A DNA stretch of 64,000 bases, from positions 433 to 64,432 of the forward strand of contig JANMWI010000034.1 in assembly GCA_031393955.1 (NCBI GenBank), written 5' to 3'. The notes below the pieces were generated by a model that saw nothing but the letters and a program-made list of their open reading frames with translations, was not told the DNA's origin and searched no databases. The position numbers were made by a program, and so were the translations under genes. Each line of letters begins with the position of its first letter. Position 1 is the stretch's first letter. The DNA is from Acidobacteriota bacterium. GTDB taxonomy: Bacteria > Acidobacteriota > Vicinamibacteria > Vicinamibacterales > 2-12-FULL-66-21. Shown here piece after piece: positions 8,860-17,244 of the stretch.

Positions 8860-10060
8860 CGCGCCGTCGCTCGGCGCAGCCGGCGCGCCTCGCGATCTTG
8901 CGGACGTCGTCATCGTCGGCGGCGGGCCCGCGGGGCTGATGGCGGCGCGGCTGCTGGCCGCCGACGGACGCTCGGTCGTGGTGCTCGAGGAGCACGAGCA
9001 GTTCGGCGTCCCGGTGCACTGCACCGGGCTGCTTGGCGTCGAGGCCTTCGACGAGCTCGATATCCCCCAACACGCCATCCTGACGACGACCCACGCGGCG
9101 CGCTTCGTCGCCGCGGACGGCAGCGACATCGCGATCGACGCCGAGCGCGTCCGCGCCGCCGTGATCGATCGCGCGGTCTTCGATCAGTCCCTCGCCACGG
9201 CCGCCCGCGCCGCCGGCGCCGATCTCCGCAACGGCGCGCGTGTACGCTCGGTGTCTGTGCTGCCCGACCGGGTACGCGTCAGCGGCGACGGCGACGACGC
9301 GTCGATTGACGCCCGCGCCTGCATCCTCGCCTGTGGCGCCAGCTACCGCTTCAACCGCGCGCTCGGGCTGGGCGCGCCGCGCGCCTACATCCAGAGCGCG
9401 CAGCTGGAAATGCCATTCGACGGGCCGCCGATGGTCGAGGTCTACCTCGGCCGGCAGATTGCGCCGGGCGGCTTCGCCTGGACGGTGCCGTTCGCGCGCG
9501 GCGACCGCCGCTTCAATCGGATCGGGTTGATGTGCGACGAGAATGCGACAGCGCGTTTCGCCGCGCTCGGGACGTCGATTCAACAGCGATACGGCCTCGA
9601 CGGCGCCGACTGGCCGGCACCGCGGCTCAAGATCCTGCCGCTCGGACCCGTCACCCGGACCTATCACTCCCGCGTCGTCGCCGTCGGCGACGCCGCCGGC
9701 CTCGTCAAGCCGACCACCGGCGGCGGCATTTACTACGGCCTGGTCAGCGGCCAGATCGCCGCTGAGGTGCTGCACGAGGCGCTCGGCGAGGACAACCTCG
9801 GCGAGGCGAGGCTTCGCGCCTACGAGGATCGCTGGCAGGCCAGGCTCGGCGCCGAGATTCGCGCCGGCCTACGATTCCGCCGGCTCGCGTCGCGGCTGAA
9901 CGACGGCGCCATCGATGCGCTGGTCGAGCTCGCCCGGATCGACGGGATCGTGCCGCTCCTCAAGCAGACCGCCAACTTCAACTGGCACGGCCGCTCGGCG
10001 ATGGCGCTGCTCCGGCACGCGCAGTTCCGCAAGATCCTGATCGCCTCGATGTGGAGCTAG
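8825..10060 (+). CDS. FAD-dependent oxidoreductase, geranylgeranyl-reductase family
   Basis: Dinucleotide-binding motif DVVIVGGGPAGLMAARLLAADGRSVVVLEE, plus VVAVGDAAGLVKPTTGGGIYYG. The 5' end overlaps the previous gene by 35 nt, so the start (ATG 8825 or GTG 8843) is uncertain. Confidence 0.7.
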   Translation: MAHGKRVVGSTDAPSLGAAGAPRDLADVVIVGGGPAGLMAARLLAADGRSVVVLEEHEQFGVPVHCTGLLGVEAFDELDIPQHAILTTTHAARFVAADGSDIAIDAERVRAAVIDRAVFDQSLATAARAAGADLRNGARVRSVSVLPDRVRVSGDGDDASIDARACILACGASYRFNRALGLGAPRAYIQSAQLEMPFDGPPMVEVYLGRQIAPGGFAWTVPFARGDRRFNRIGLMCDENATARFAALGTSIQQRYGLDGADWPAPRLKILPLGPVTRTYHSRVVAVGDAAGLVKPTTGGGIYYGLVSGQIAAEVLHEALGEDNLGEARLRAYEDRWQARLGAEIRAGLRFRRLASRLNDGAIDALVELARIDGIVPLLKQTANFNWHGRSAMALLRHAQFRKILIASMWS

Positions 10061-10073
10061 TTCGACAATCCCT

Positions 10074-10838
10074 GTGACAGACCGTCTCGCCTCCGGCGAC
10101 TACGCCCGCAAGCAGATCTACTGCCCGAGCCGGGTCGTGGCGTGGAGCCATGGCAGCCGCTTCCGCCTCGCGGCGGAGCTCGCGACCGCGGGGGCCCGCG
10201 GTCGGCTGCTCGATTACGGGTGCGGCGACGGCACCTTCATGGTGCTGACCCAGGGGGCATTCACCGAGGCGGTCGGCGCTGACATCGATGCCGCGCAGCT
10301 CGCCGAGTGCCGCCGCCGGTTGTCGGACCTCGCCGGCCTGTCGTTCGTGCTCACCGCCGACCTCGCCGGGCCCGAGCACGCCCATGCCTACGGCGTCGTG
10401 ACCTGCATGGAAGTACTCGAGCACTGCGTCGACGGTGAGCGGCGCCGCGTCCTCGACGATCTGGGCCGGCTGGTGGCGGCATCAGGACGGCTGATCATCA
10501 GCGTCCCGATCGAGGTCGGGCCGGCGCTCGCCGGCAAGCAGCTGTTCCGCGCGATTGCGGCATGGCGGGGTCAGGGCGACTACCGCCACCGCGAAACCTA
10601 CACCCCGCGCGAGCTGCTCGCGGCGGTGCGCGGCGGCCCGAACCTGGCGCGGGCCCAGTACACCGTCCAGGGTCCCGCCGGCCCGATTGAGTACTGCGGC
10701 CACAAGGGGTTCGACTGGCGGGTCCTCGAGCGCGAAATCGAGGCGCGATTGCGCGTCGAGCGCCGTCTGTTCACGCCGCTCGGCCGGCTCGGTCCGGTGC
10801 TGAACAGCCAGGTCTGGTTCGTCTGCGCCCCTCGCTGA
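10074..10838 (+). CDS. Class I SAM-dependent methyltransferase
   Basis: GTG start. Motif I is LLDYGCGDGTF, followed by VVTCMEVLEHC and GRLIISVP. Confidence 0.7.
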   Translation: MTDRLASGDYARKQIYCPSRVVAWSHGSRFRLAAELATAGARGRLLDYGCGDGTFMVLTQGAFTEAVGADIDAAQLAECRRRLSDLAGLSFVLTADLAGPEHAHAYGVVTCMEVLEHCVDGERRRVLDDLGRLVAASGRLIISVPIEVGPALAGKQLFRAIAAWRGQGDYRHRETYTPRELLAAVRGGPNLARAQYTVQGPAGPIEYCGHKGFDWRVLEREIEARLRVERRLFTPLGRLGPVLNSQVWFVCAPR

Positions 10839-10949
10839 TCGGCCGATCCGGCTGATCGTCCTCCGACCCCTCCGCGCCTTCGGCCTGCGCCCTGCCGCCG
10901 TGCCAGGATGCCGCCATCGCGGCGCGACGCCAGCGTTCGGCCACGAGGA

Positions 10950-11646
10950 CGCCGGAGGCGAAGTCGCTCATCGAACAGGGGTCGGTGACGCGCAAGGACG
11001 GCGGATGGACCGGCACGGCGGTGGGCGATCGGCATATTCCCCAGAGCATGGCGGCGGCGATCGGGCGGCGGCTGGACCGTGTCAGCGCGACGGCGAACGA
11101 GGTCCTGCGCGCCGCCATCGGTACCGTGCCCGCGCGGCGGTGGCGGTGGAGAGGCTGGCGTATCACTTCATCGCCGCCGGCGCGCACGAGCGCGGGTTGG
11201 TCTGCGCGAAAGAGGCCGCCGCCGAGGCGGCCCGCCTCTTTGCCTATGACGAGGCGCTTGCCGCCTACGGGCTCGCGCCCTCGAATGCACGGAGATTCTC
11301 AACCGGCCGGATGAACAGGCGGCGCTCGAAGAGGCGATGGGCAAAACGAGCATCGACAGCGGCGGCATGATCCCGGCAGTCGGGCACTTCGAGCGGGCGC
11401 TGGCGTTCACGACCGATCCAATCGCCCGGGCGAGACAGCACTGGACACCGCTCTCGACGCCCTGAGCCGGGCCGAGGCGTCCGGGCTGATGTTCATGGAG
11501 AACCGAAGCCTCGCGTACGTCCGCTTCAGGCGCGGCGAGCTGGCGGAGGCGCTGCAGCTCTGCGACGAGGCGATCGGGCTCACGGCCGGACGCGAGCCCA
11601 GAATGACGCGCCTGCTGATGGGCGGCCGGAGAGAGCGCCGCCAATG
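10950..11646 (+). pseudogene. Decayed remnant of a large AAA-ATPase/TPR (LuxR- or cyclase-associated type) regulator
   Basis: Recognisable pieces lie in three different plus frames. They are IPQSMAAAIGRRLDRVSATANEVLRAA, then VERLAYHFIAAGAHERGLVCAKEAAAEAARLFAYDEALAAY, then ECTEILNRPDEQAALEEAMGKTSIDSGG...HFERALAF, then ALDALSRAEASGLMFMENRSLAYVRFRRGELAEALQLCDEAIGL. There is no N-terminal ATPase part. At least 3 frame changes and stops are present. Confidence 0.45.
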
Positions 11647-11654
11647 AGGCGGCG

Positions 11655-12365
11655 CTACCGGTCGCGCACCGCCGGCAGCGGGCGCGCCGCGCGCGGGCTG
11701 TGCGGCAGCGCCTCTTCGGATTTGCGGGGGCTGAACCATTCGGCCAGCCGCATCAGCCGTCCGCTGCGCGCCGGCAGCAGCGTGTGCAGCCGCTCCAGGA
11801 TCTCGATGGCGTGCGCCAGCGTCGGCACGACGCCGATGCCGCGCTCGAGGGCATGCTTCTCGATCGCGGCGTCGCCGCCGCGCATCAGCAGCAGCGCCTT
11901 GGCGGCCGAGGCGCCGACCACTTCGATGCAGTTGAGCAGCAGGTCGTCGACGATCAGGTTGAGGCGCAGTCCGTTGGCGACCTCGCCGCGCGAGCCGGGG
12001 ATGGTCAGGACCGCCGGCAGGTAGAAGCCGTGCTGCTCGATCCACCACTGCGTCTGGAACTGGACCGATTCGCCGGCGCTCGCCGGCCGGTTGGTCAGGA
12101 AGAACACTTCCCATCCCGACTCGCGGGTCAGCGCGTAGAGCCGGGCGATCTGCTCAGGCTCGTACGGCTTCAGACCCATCCACCAGTTCGGGGTCTTCGC
12201 GACGTACTCCCAGACCCGCCTGACGTCCCCCTGAGCCAGTGCCTCGGAAGAGCGGGGGTCCTCTTCGTCCAGCTGCCGGCCGAGGCTGGCGCGCGACGTG
12301 TCGTGAAAGGCGGTCTTGAAGTCGGCGAGGACGCCGTCGACGTCGATGCCGATGCGCAGCGACAT
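11655..12365 (-). CDS. HAD-superfamily hydrolase, 5'(3')-deoxyribonucleotidase (NT5C)-like
   Basis: Trimmed from ORF 11655..13037 to ATG 12365 (MSLRIGIDVDGVLADF, DxDxV HAD motif I). The start shares one base with the upstream stop (TGATG). Confidence 0.6.
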   Translation of the reverse strand: MSLRIGIDVDGVLADFKTAFHDTSRASLGRQLDEEDPRSSEALAQGDVRRVWEYVAKTPNWWMGLKPYEPEQIARLYALTRESGWEVFFLTNRPASAGESVQFQTQWWIEQHGFYLPAVLTIPGSRGEVANGLRLNLIVDDLLLNCIEVVGASAAKALLLMRGGDAAIEKHALERGIGVVPTLAHAIEILERLHTLLPARSGRLMRLAEWFSPRKSEEALPHSPRAARPLPAVRDR

Positions 12366-13519
12366 CAGCGCTCCGCCATCCGCTGCGGCGGGGTGTGTAC
12401 CAGGATTGCCGCCAGGACCGCGGCCAGCACCGCATTCGCCGGCACGGTCAGCCCCGTCTCCCACACGCTCTGCACCGCGACACCGGCAAGCCCTGCCGCG
12501 GCCCCCGCCCGCAAGTAGTACATCGAGGTGCGATCGGTGCGCAGGCTGAGCGCCGCCGCCCGGACGAACGCCAGCATCGCCAGGCCCACCGGCAAGCCGA
12601 GCAGCAGTCCGCCCTCCGAGGCGACCTGCAGATAATGATTGTGGGCCTGATTGAAGATCACTTCGGGTCTGCTGCGCTGATAGACCGCCATCGCGGTCTG
12701 AAAGGTTCCCGCCCCCGTTCCCGTCAGCCAGAAGTCGCGGAGCACCGGTAGCGTATCGTGCCAGATTGCGGCGCGATCCGCCAAGGCCGCCCCGGACGCG
12801 CCAAATCTGACCGAGAGCGCCGCGAAGCCGACCTGCGTCAGGATGCCGAGCGTGCCGGCGGCCGCCAGCAGCGCCGCGTAGTGTCCGCGCCGCCGCGACT
12901 CCCGTCGTCCCCCCTCCCGCCGTCGCCACAGGACGGCACCCGACGCCAGCGCCACGCCCATCCCGACCATGCCCGAGCGCGACAGCGAGGCGACCGCGGC
13001 CACCAGCAGCGCCAGGCACGAGGCGACCAGCAGCCACGCCCGCGCATCGAGCGCCGCCAGCAGCCGGTGGCGCCAGCTGTCGCCGGCCGTATGCGGATGC
13101 ACGGCGGCGTGAGCGGCGAGGTAGCCGAGGCCGAGCGGCACCGCCATCATCGCCCAGGTGCCGAAATGATTGCGGTTGGTGAACGGGCCAAACGGCGCGG
13201 GACCTTCACGCGGCGGGGCAAAGTGCCAGTACATCAGCCCTTTCGCCGTCGCGCTCTGCGCCAGCGCGACCCCCGCCAGCGCCAGGCCGGCGACCGCGAC
13301 GGCCCGCGCGACCGTGCGGGTGCCGCCGGCCTCGAACGCCCGGCGTGCGGTGAGGAACAGCAGGCAGGCGGCCGAGAAGAGCAGCCATGCCCAGACCGAG
13401 TCGCCGGTGGCGATGCTCAGCGGGCGCGGGCCGGCGGCTGGGACCAGGGCAAAGGCGGCTTCGACGCGCAGCGCCGCCGGGCTCACCGCGGCAAGCCACG
13501 GGCGCGGCAGCGGGATCAC
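12365..13519 (-). CDS. O-antigen ligase / polymerase family (Wzy_C-type) membrane protein
   Basis: Multi-pass hydrophobic protein with the family core IFNQAHNHYLQVASEGGLLLGLPVGLAML. The first canonical start is GTG 13519. The frame stays open and hydrophobic for about 200 nt further upstream (see findings). Confidence 0.7.
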   Translation of the reverse strand: MIPLPRPWLAAVSPAALRVEAAFALVPAAGPRPLSIATGDSVWAWLLFSAACLLFLTARRAFEAGGTRTVARAVAVAGLALAGVALAQSATAKGLMYWHFAPPREGPAPFGPFTNRNHFGTWAMMAVPLGLGYLAAHAAVHPHTAGDSWRHRLLAALDARAWLLVASCLALLVAAVASLSRSGMVGMGVALASGAVLWRRREGGRRESRRRGHYAALLAAAGTLGILTQVGFAALSVRFGASGAALADRAAIWHDTLPVLRDFWLTGTGAGTFQTAMAVYQRSRPEVIFNQAHNHYLQVASEGGLLLGLPVGLAMLAFVRAAALSLRTDRTSMYYLRAGAAAGLAGVAVQSVWETGLTVPANAVLAAVLAAILVHTPPQRMAER

Positions 13520-13721
13520 CTGCGCTGCGCCGGCGGCAAGCGCCGCGAGGATCAGCAGGTCGAGCCGACGCGTCGCCGACGGTCCGGCGATGGCGGGAGG
13601 AAAGGCGGCCGCGACCGCCAGGCAGCCGAGGAGCGGCGGAAGGAACGCGGCGGGGTGGATGCCGCCAAAGGCAAAGGCCGTCCAGCCGACGCTGCCCCCC
13701 AGAACGAACGCGTGCCAGCGG

Positions 13722-15992
13722 CTACGCGACGTTGCTCTGCGCGTAGTAGCTCTTGTACTGGTAGCCGTAATACCGGGAATAGTAGTACTTGTTGCGGTCG
13801 AAGTCGACCCGGTTGAGGACGACGCCGATGCCGCGGGCGCGGCCGTTCTGCAGCGTTTCGAGCGCCCGCTCAGCGTGCACGCGCCGCGTCATCTCCGAGC
13901 CGACCACGAACACCACCCCGGCGACCTTCTGCGCGATGATCACCGAATCGGTCACCGCCAGCACCGGCGGCGTGTCGATCACCACCCAGTCGAACGGCCC
14001 GCTCGACAGGTTGGCGAGCAGGTGGTTCATCCGCTCGGAAGCCAGCAGTTCGGACGGGTTCGGCGGCGTGCGGCCGGCGGTAATCACGAACAGGTTCGGG
14101 TCGGTGGTGCGCTGGAGCACCTCGCGGACGCGGGCCTGGCCGACCAGCAGGTGGGAGAGTCCCGACCCGTTCTGCAGCCCCATCGTCTTGTGCAGCCCCG
14201 GGCGGCGCATGTCGGCATCGATCAGCAGCACGCGCGAGCCGCCGAGCGCCAGCGCCATCGCGAGATTGCAGGCCGTCGTCGTCTTGCCCTCGAGCGGCTG
14301 GCTGCTGGTGACGGCGATGATCCGGGTCGACTCGCCGCCGCTCGTGAAGACCAGCGAGGTCCGCAGCGAGCGGAACGCCTCGCCGAAATCGTGCGGCACG
14401 GTTTCGGTCAGGACCGGGACGCGGCTGCCGCGCAGCGCCGGGACGAGCCCGAGCAGCGGCAGGCGGAGGCGCTTGGTGATGTCCTCGGGGGTCTTGATCG
14501 TGTCATCCAGGTATTCGATGCCGAAGGCCAGGCCGAACGCCACCGTCAGGCCGGCGAGGATCGCGGTCAGCCAGTCGCGGCGCGGATTCGGCGAGATCGG
14601 GGCACGCCGGGGCTCGGCGCGATCGACCAGCCGGACGTTGTTGGCGCGGCTGTTGGCGACCACCGAGAGCTGCTTCTGACGGTCGAGCAGCGACTGGAAT
14701 ATCTGACGCTGGCTGTCGAGATCGCGCTGGAGGATGCGGTAGTCGCCGCTCTTGCGATCGAGCTCGACATTCGCCGTATTGGCCCGATCGAGATCGGCGC
14801 CGAAGTTCCGTTCCTGCGCGGCCGCCGCTTCGTAGTCGTTCCTGGCGGCGTCGATCACCTTGCGGCGCTCCGCCACCAGCAGCCGGCTGGCCGCCTCGAT
14901 CTTCAACGCGACTTCGCGCATCTTCGGCGCGTCGGGCCCGTAGGTCTGCGACAGCGACACCTGCTCGGCCTTGAGCGTCGCCAGCTGGCTCTGGGCCGCC
15001 ACCACCGACGGGCTGTTGCCGATGATCGGAAACGTATCGGCGGCGTCGCTCGCCGGATCGGCGCTGCGGACCTGGTTGTAGAGCGTCTCTTTCTGCTGCC
15101 GCTCGGTGCGCTTCTCGGTCACTGCCTGGCTGAGCGAGGTGAGCCGCGCGACGACGATATTCTGGCGGTCATCGAGCGACTGGGCGTTGTTGACCTCGCG
15201 ATACTGCTGCAGCGCCTGCTCGCCCTCCTTGACCTTCATCGTGGCCGCCTCGAGCTGCTCGTTGACGAAAGCGAGCTCCTTGGAGTTGTTGGCGAGCCGC
15301 TGATCGAGGTTCTGCTGGACGTATTCCTCGGCGAGAGTGTTGGCGGCCAGCGCCGCGAAGTCCGGGTCGGTGTGCTGATAGGTGACGTCGACGAGCCGGG
15401 TCGTCGCGTACGGCGTGATCACGACCCCGCCGAGAAACGCCCCGATCAGCGCGGCTTCCTGCGCCGACTCGTCGGCCACCGGGATCACCGGCGCCGCCGC
15501 CCGCTTCGTCGAGACGAGGCCGCGGACCGTCTCCGACAGCGACGCGCGCGCCTGCCGCAGCAGGGTGAGGGGGTCGCGGCGTTCGGGTCCCTGGCCGTTG
15601 AACGCCGGGCTGTCCTTGAGTGAGAGCCGCCGCACCACGCGGCGCGCGAGCTCGCGGCTGCGCAGGATTTCGTACTGCGTCTGGTAGTACGGGGCCGACT
15701 CCTGCCAGTAGCTGGGATCGTTGACGCCGATATTCGTGACCGAGGTGCTGCGCTCGTCCTGGATCTCGATCCGAGAGGCGGTCTGGTAGACCGGAATCGC
15801 CGAGTAGGTCTGCACCATCATCGAGGTGACGACGAGCACGAACGCCGTGCCGGCGATCCGCCGATGCTTGAAGACCGAGGTCAGGCGATCGAGGAGATGG
15901 ATCGGCTGGCCGCCGCCAACGGGGGGCATCGGCAGCGCGGCGAGGCTGTCGGCCGGCATTGCCCCGGGGGCCATCTCCTGAGTGTCGAACAT
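13722..15992 (-). CDS. Polysaccharide co-polymerase / tyrosine autokinase (Wzc/GumC/EpsG type)
   Basis: N-terminal Wzz-type region with long coiled-coil segments. The C-terminal kinase has Walker A SSQPLEGKTTTACNLAMALA and LLIDADMRRP. A Tyr-cluster tail is present: NKYYYSRYYGYQYKSYYAQSNVA. Confidence 0.9.
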   Translation of the reverse strand: MFDTQEMAPGAMPADSLAALPMPPVGGGQPIHLLDRLTSVFKHRRIAGTAFVLVVTSMMVQTYSAIPVYQTASRIEIQDERSTSVTNIGVNDPSYWQESAPYYQTQYEILRSRELARRVVRRLSLKDSPAFNGQGPERRDPLTLLRQARASLSETVRGLVSTKRAAAPVIPVADESAQEAALIGAFLGGVVITPYATTRLVDVTYQHTDPDFAALAANTLAEEYVQQNLDQRLANNSKELAFVNEQLEAATMKVKEGEQALQQYREVNNAQSLDDRQNIVVARLTSLSQAVTEKRTERQQKETLYNQVRSADPASDAADTFPIIGNSPSVVAAQSQLATLKAEQVSLSQTYGPDAPKMREVALKIEAASRLLVAERRKVIDAARNDYEAAAAQERNFGADLDRANTANVELDRKSGDYRILQRDLDSQRQIFQSLLDRQKQLSVVANSRANNVRLVDRAEPRRAPISPNPRRDWLTAILAGLTVAFGLAFGIEYLDDTIKTPEDITKRLRLPLLGLVPALRGSRVPVLTETVPHDFGEAFRSLRTSLVFTSGGESTRIIAVTSSQPLEGKTTTACNLAMALALGGSRVLLIDADMRRPGLHKTMGLQNGSGLSHLLVGQARVREVLQRTTDPNLFVITAGRTPPNPSELLASERMNHLLANLSSGPFDWVVIDTPPVLAVTDSVIIAQKVAGVVFVVGSEMTRRVHAERALETLQNGRARGIGVVLNRVDFDRNKYYYSRYYGYQYKSYYAQSNVA

Positions 15993-16013
15993 GGTGATCT
16001 GGCGCTCGATCCG

Positions 16014-16580
16014 CTAGTCGCAGCCCGGCGACGGACTGGCGCAAGGCTTGGCGTTCGGCGCGATTGCCGTGACGCCGACCGCCGCCGCCGACGCCGCGAC
16101 CGCGGCGGCGGTGTTTTTGAACAGGCCGGCGAACCACGGCGCCTTGGCCCCCAGCCGGACGAACGTCGTCACGGTTTCACCCGGCGACACGCCAAAAGGC
16201 TGGCCGACCGCAAGGATCCGGCCGCTCTCGGCGAGCACTTCGGCGACGTAGGAGCCGCCCTCGAGTTCACCGAACGTGATCCGGCCGGCGGTGTCCGAGG
16301 TGCCCGTCGCGGCGATGCGGCCGGTTACAACGTGGCGCAGGCGGAGACGAGCCCCTGGAACGGGCTGATTGCTGGAGTCCCAGACCCCGACCACGGTGCG
16401 GGCGAACCCCCGGCCGGTTCCCACCCGCGCCCCCGACAGGACTCGCGGCGCGGCCTGCAGCTGCGGCGACGGGGCCGGCGCCTGGGCGTAGGGCGCCTGG
16501 GCGGCCTGCGGACCCGCGCCCACGAGCATGAGGCAGATCGCCAGAGTGGTGCCGAGTCTCGACAAGTGTTCTAAACACAT
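16014..16580 (-). CDS. Secreted carboxypeptidase-regulatory-like (CarboxypepD_reg) domain protein
   Basis: Signal-like N-terminus (TLAICLMLVGAGPQAAQA). Domain motif VWDSSNQPVPGARLRLRHVVTGRIAATGTSDTAGRITFGELEGGSYVAEV. It ends 22 nt upstream of the kinase gene start. Confidence 0.6.
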   Translation of the reverse strand: MCLEHLSRLGTTLAICLMLVGAGPQAAQAPYAQAPAPSPQLQAAPRVLSGARVGTGRGFARTVVGVWDSSNQPVPGARLRLRHVVTGRIAATGTSDTAGRITFGELEGGSYVAEVLAESGRILAVGQPFGVSPGETVTTFVRLGAKAPWFAGLFKNTAAAVAASAAAVGVTAIAPNAKPCASPSPGCD

Positions 16581-17244
16581 GTTGCGGGTACTTGTTTATC
16601 GACCTGATGAACGCCTGACTGTAGGTTCAGGGTGTAACACAAATCGTACCCGTTCGGGGCTCCCGGAGAGGCCGGCTCGAGGCCCGGCACCGGCGTGGCG
16701 ACCGCCGCGCCGGCCTCGCGGCGGCAACTCGGAACGACCGCTTTCAGGCCATATTTACGCCAAGGACGGCGCGCCCCCCGCCGGCGGCGGTCTGGTTCCC
16801 CGGAGTCCGGCTCGTCTTGCCAGCCAGACCGCCCGCCCGCGGCCGCTCCGGGTTGTTACAGAACCGACCAACAACTTTCAGATCTGTGATGTCGGGCCAC
16901 GCCGCCACGGCACCGCGAACGGAATCTGGTGAGGCGGTGCCGGGCTTTAACGAATCACCCGATTCGTCACCAACTGTTCCACCCCGAGGCATTCCCGGCC
17001 CCGACCGTAGCGTTCCGGTCCGGGTGGAGATGCCAGGGCGGCCCGCTGCCGCTGGCGTGCTTCAAGAGAACGGTTCATGGCACGGCCCGTGACTACACCC
17101 GTAGTGCCACTCCCTGGCTAGCCGTGGTCGTCCGGCTTGATCCAGGAAGCGCGCACGCCAGATTCCCATGGCTAGTCCAATCAGCGCGCAGGGTCGTCAG
17201 GCCACGGTTGCAGGCGTTTCGCCGGCGCGTTTTCGCACGTCGAC

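Noticed and set aside
10900-11370. ORFs 10900..11370 and 10985..11314 as intact small genes.
   Set aside because: Each contains only a fragment of the same regulator family, and the fragments continue into one another across frames. This is better explained as one frameshifted pseudogene.
16581-17244. A c-di-GMP (GEMM) or other riboswitch upstream of the giant surface-protein gene.
   Set aside because: I could not find the conserved GEMM helices or tetraloop-receptor motifs, or any other riboswitch core, by eye. It is kept only as an unexplained spacer in the findings.
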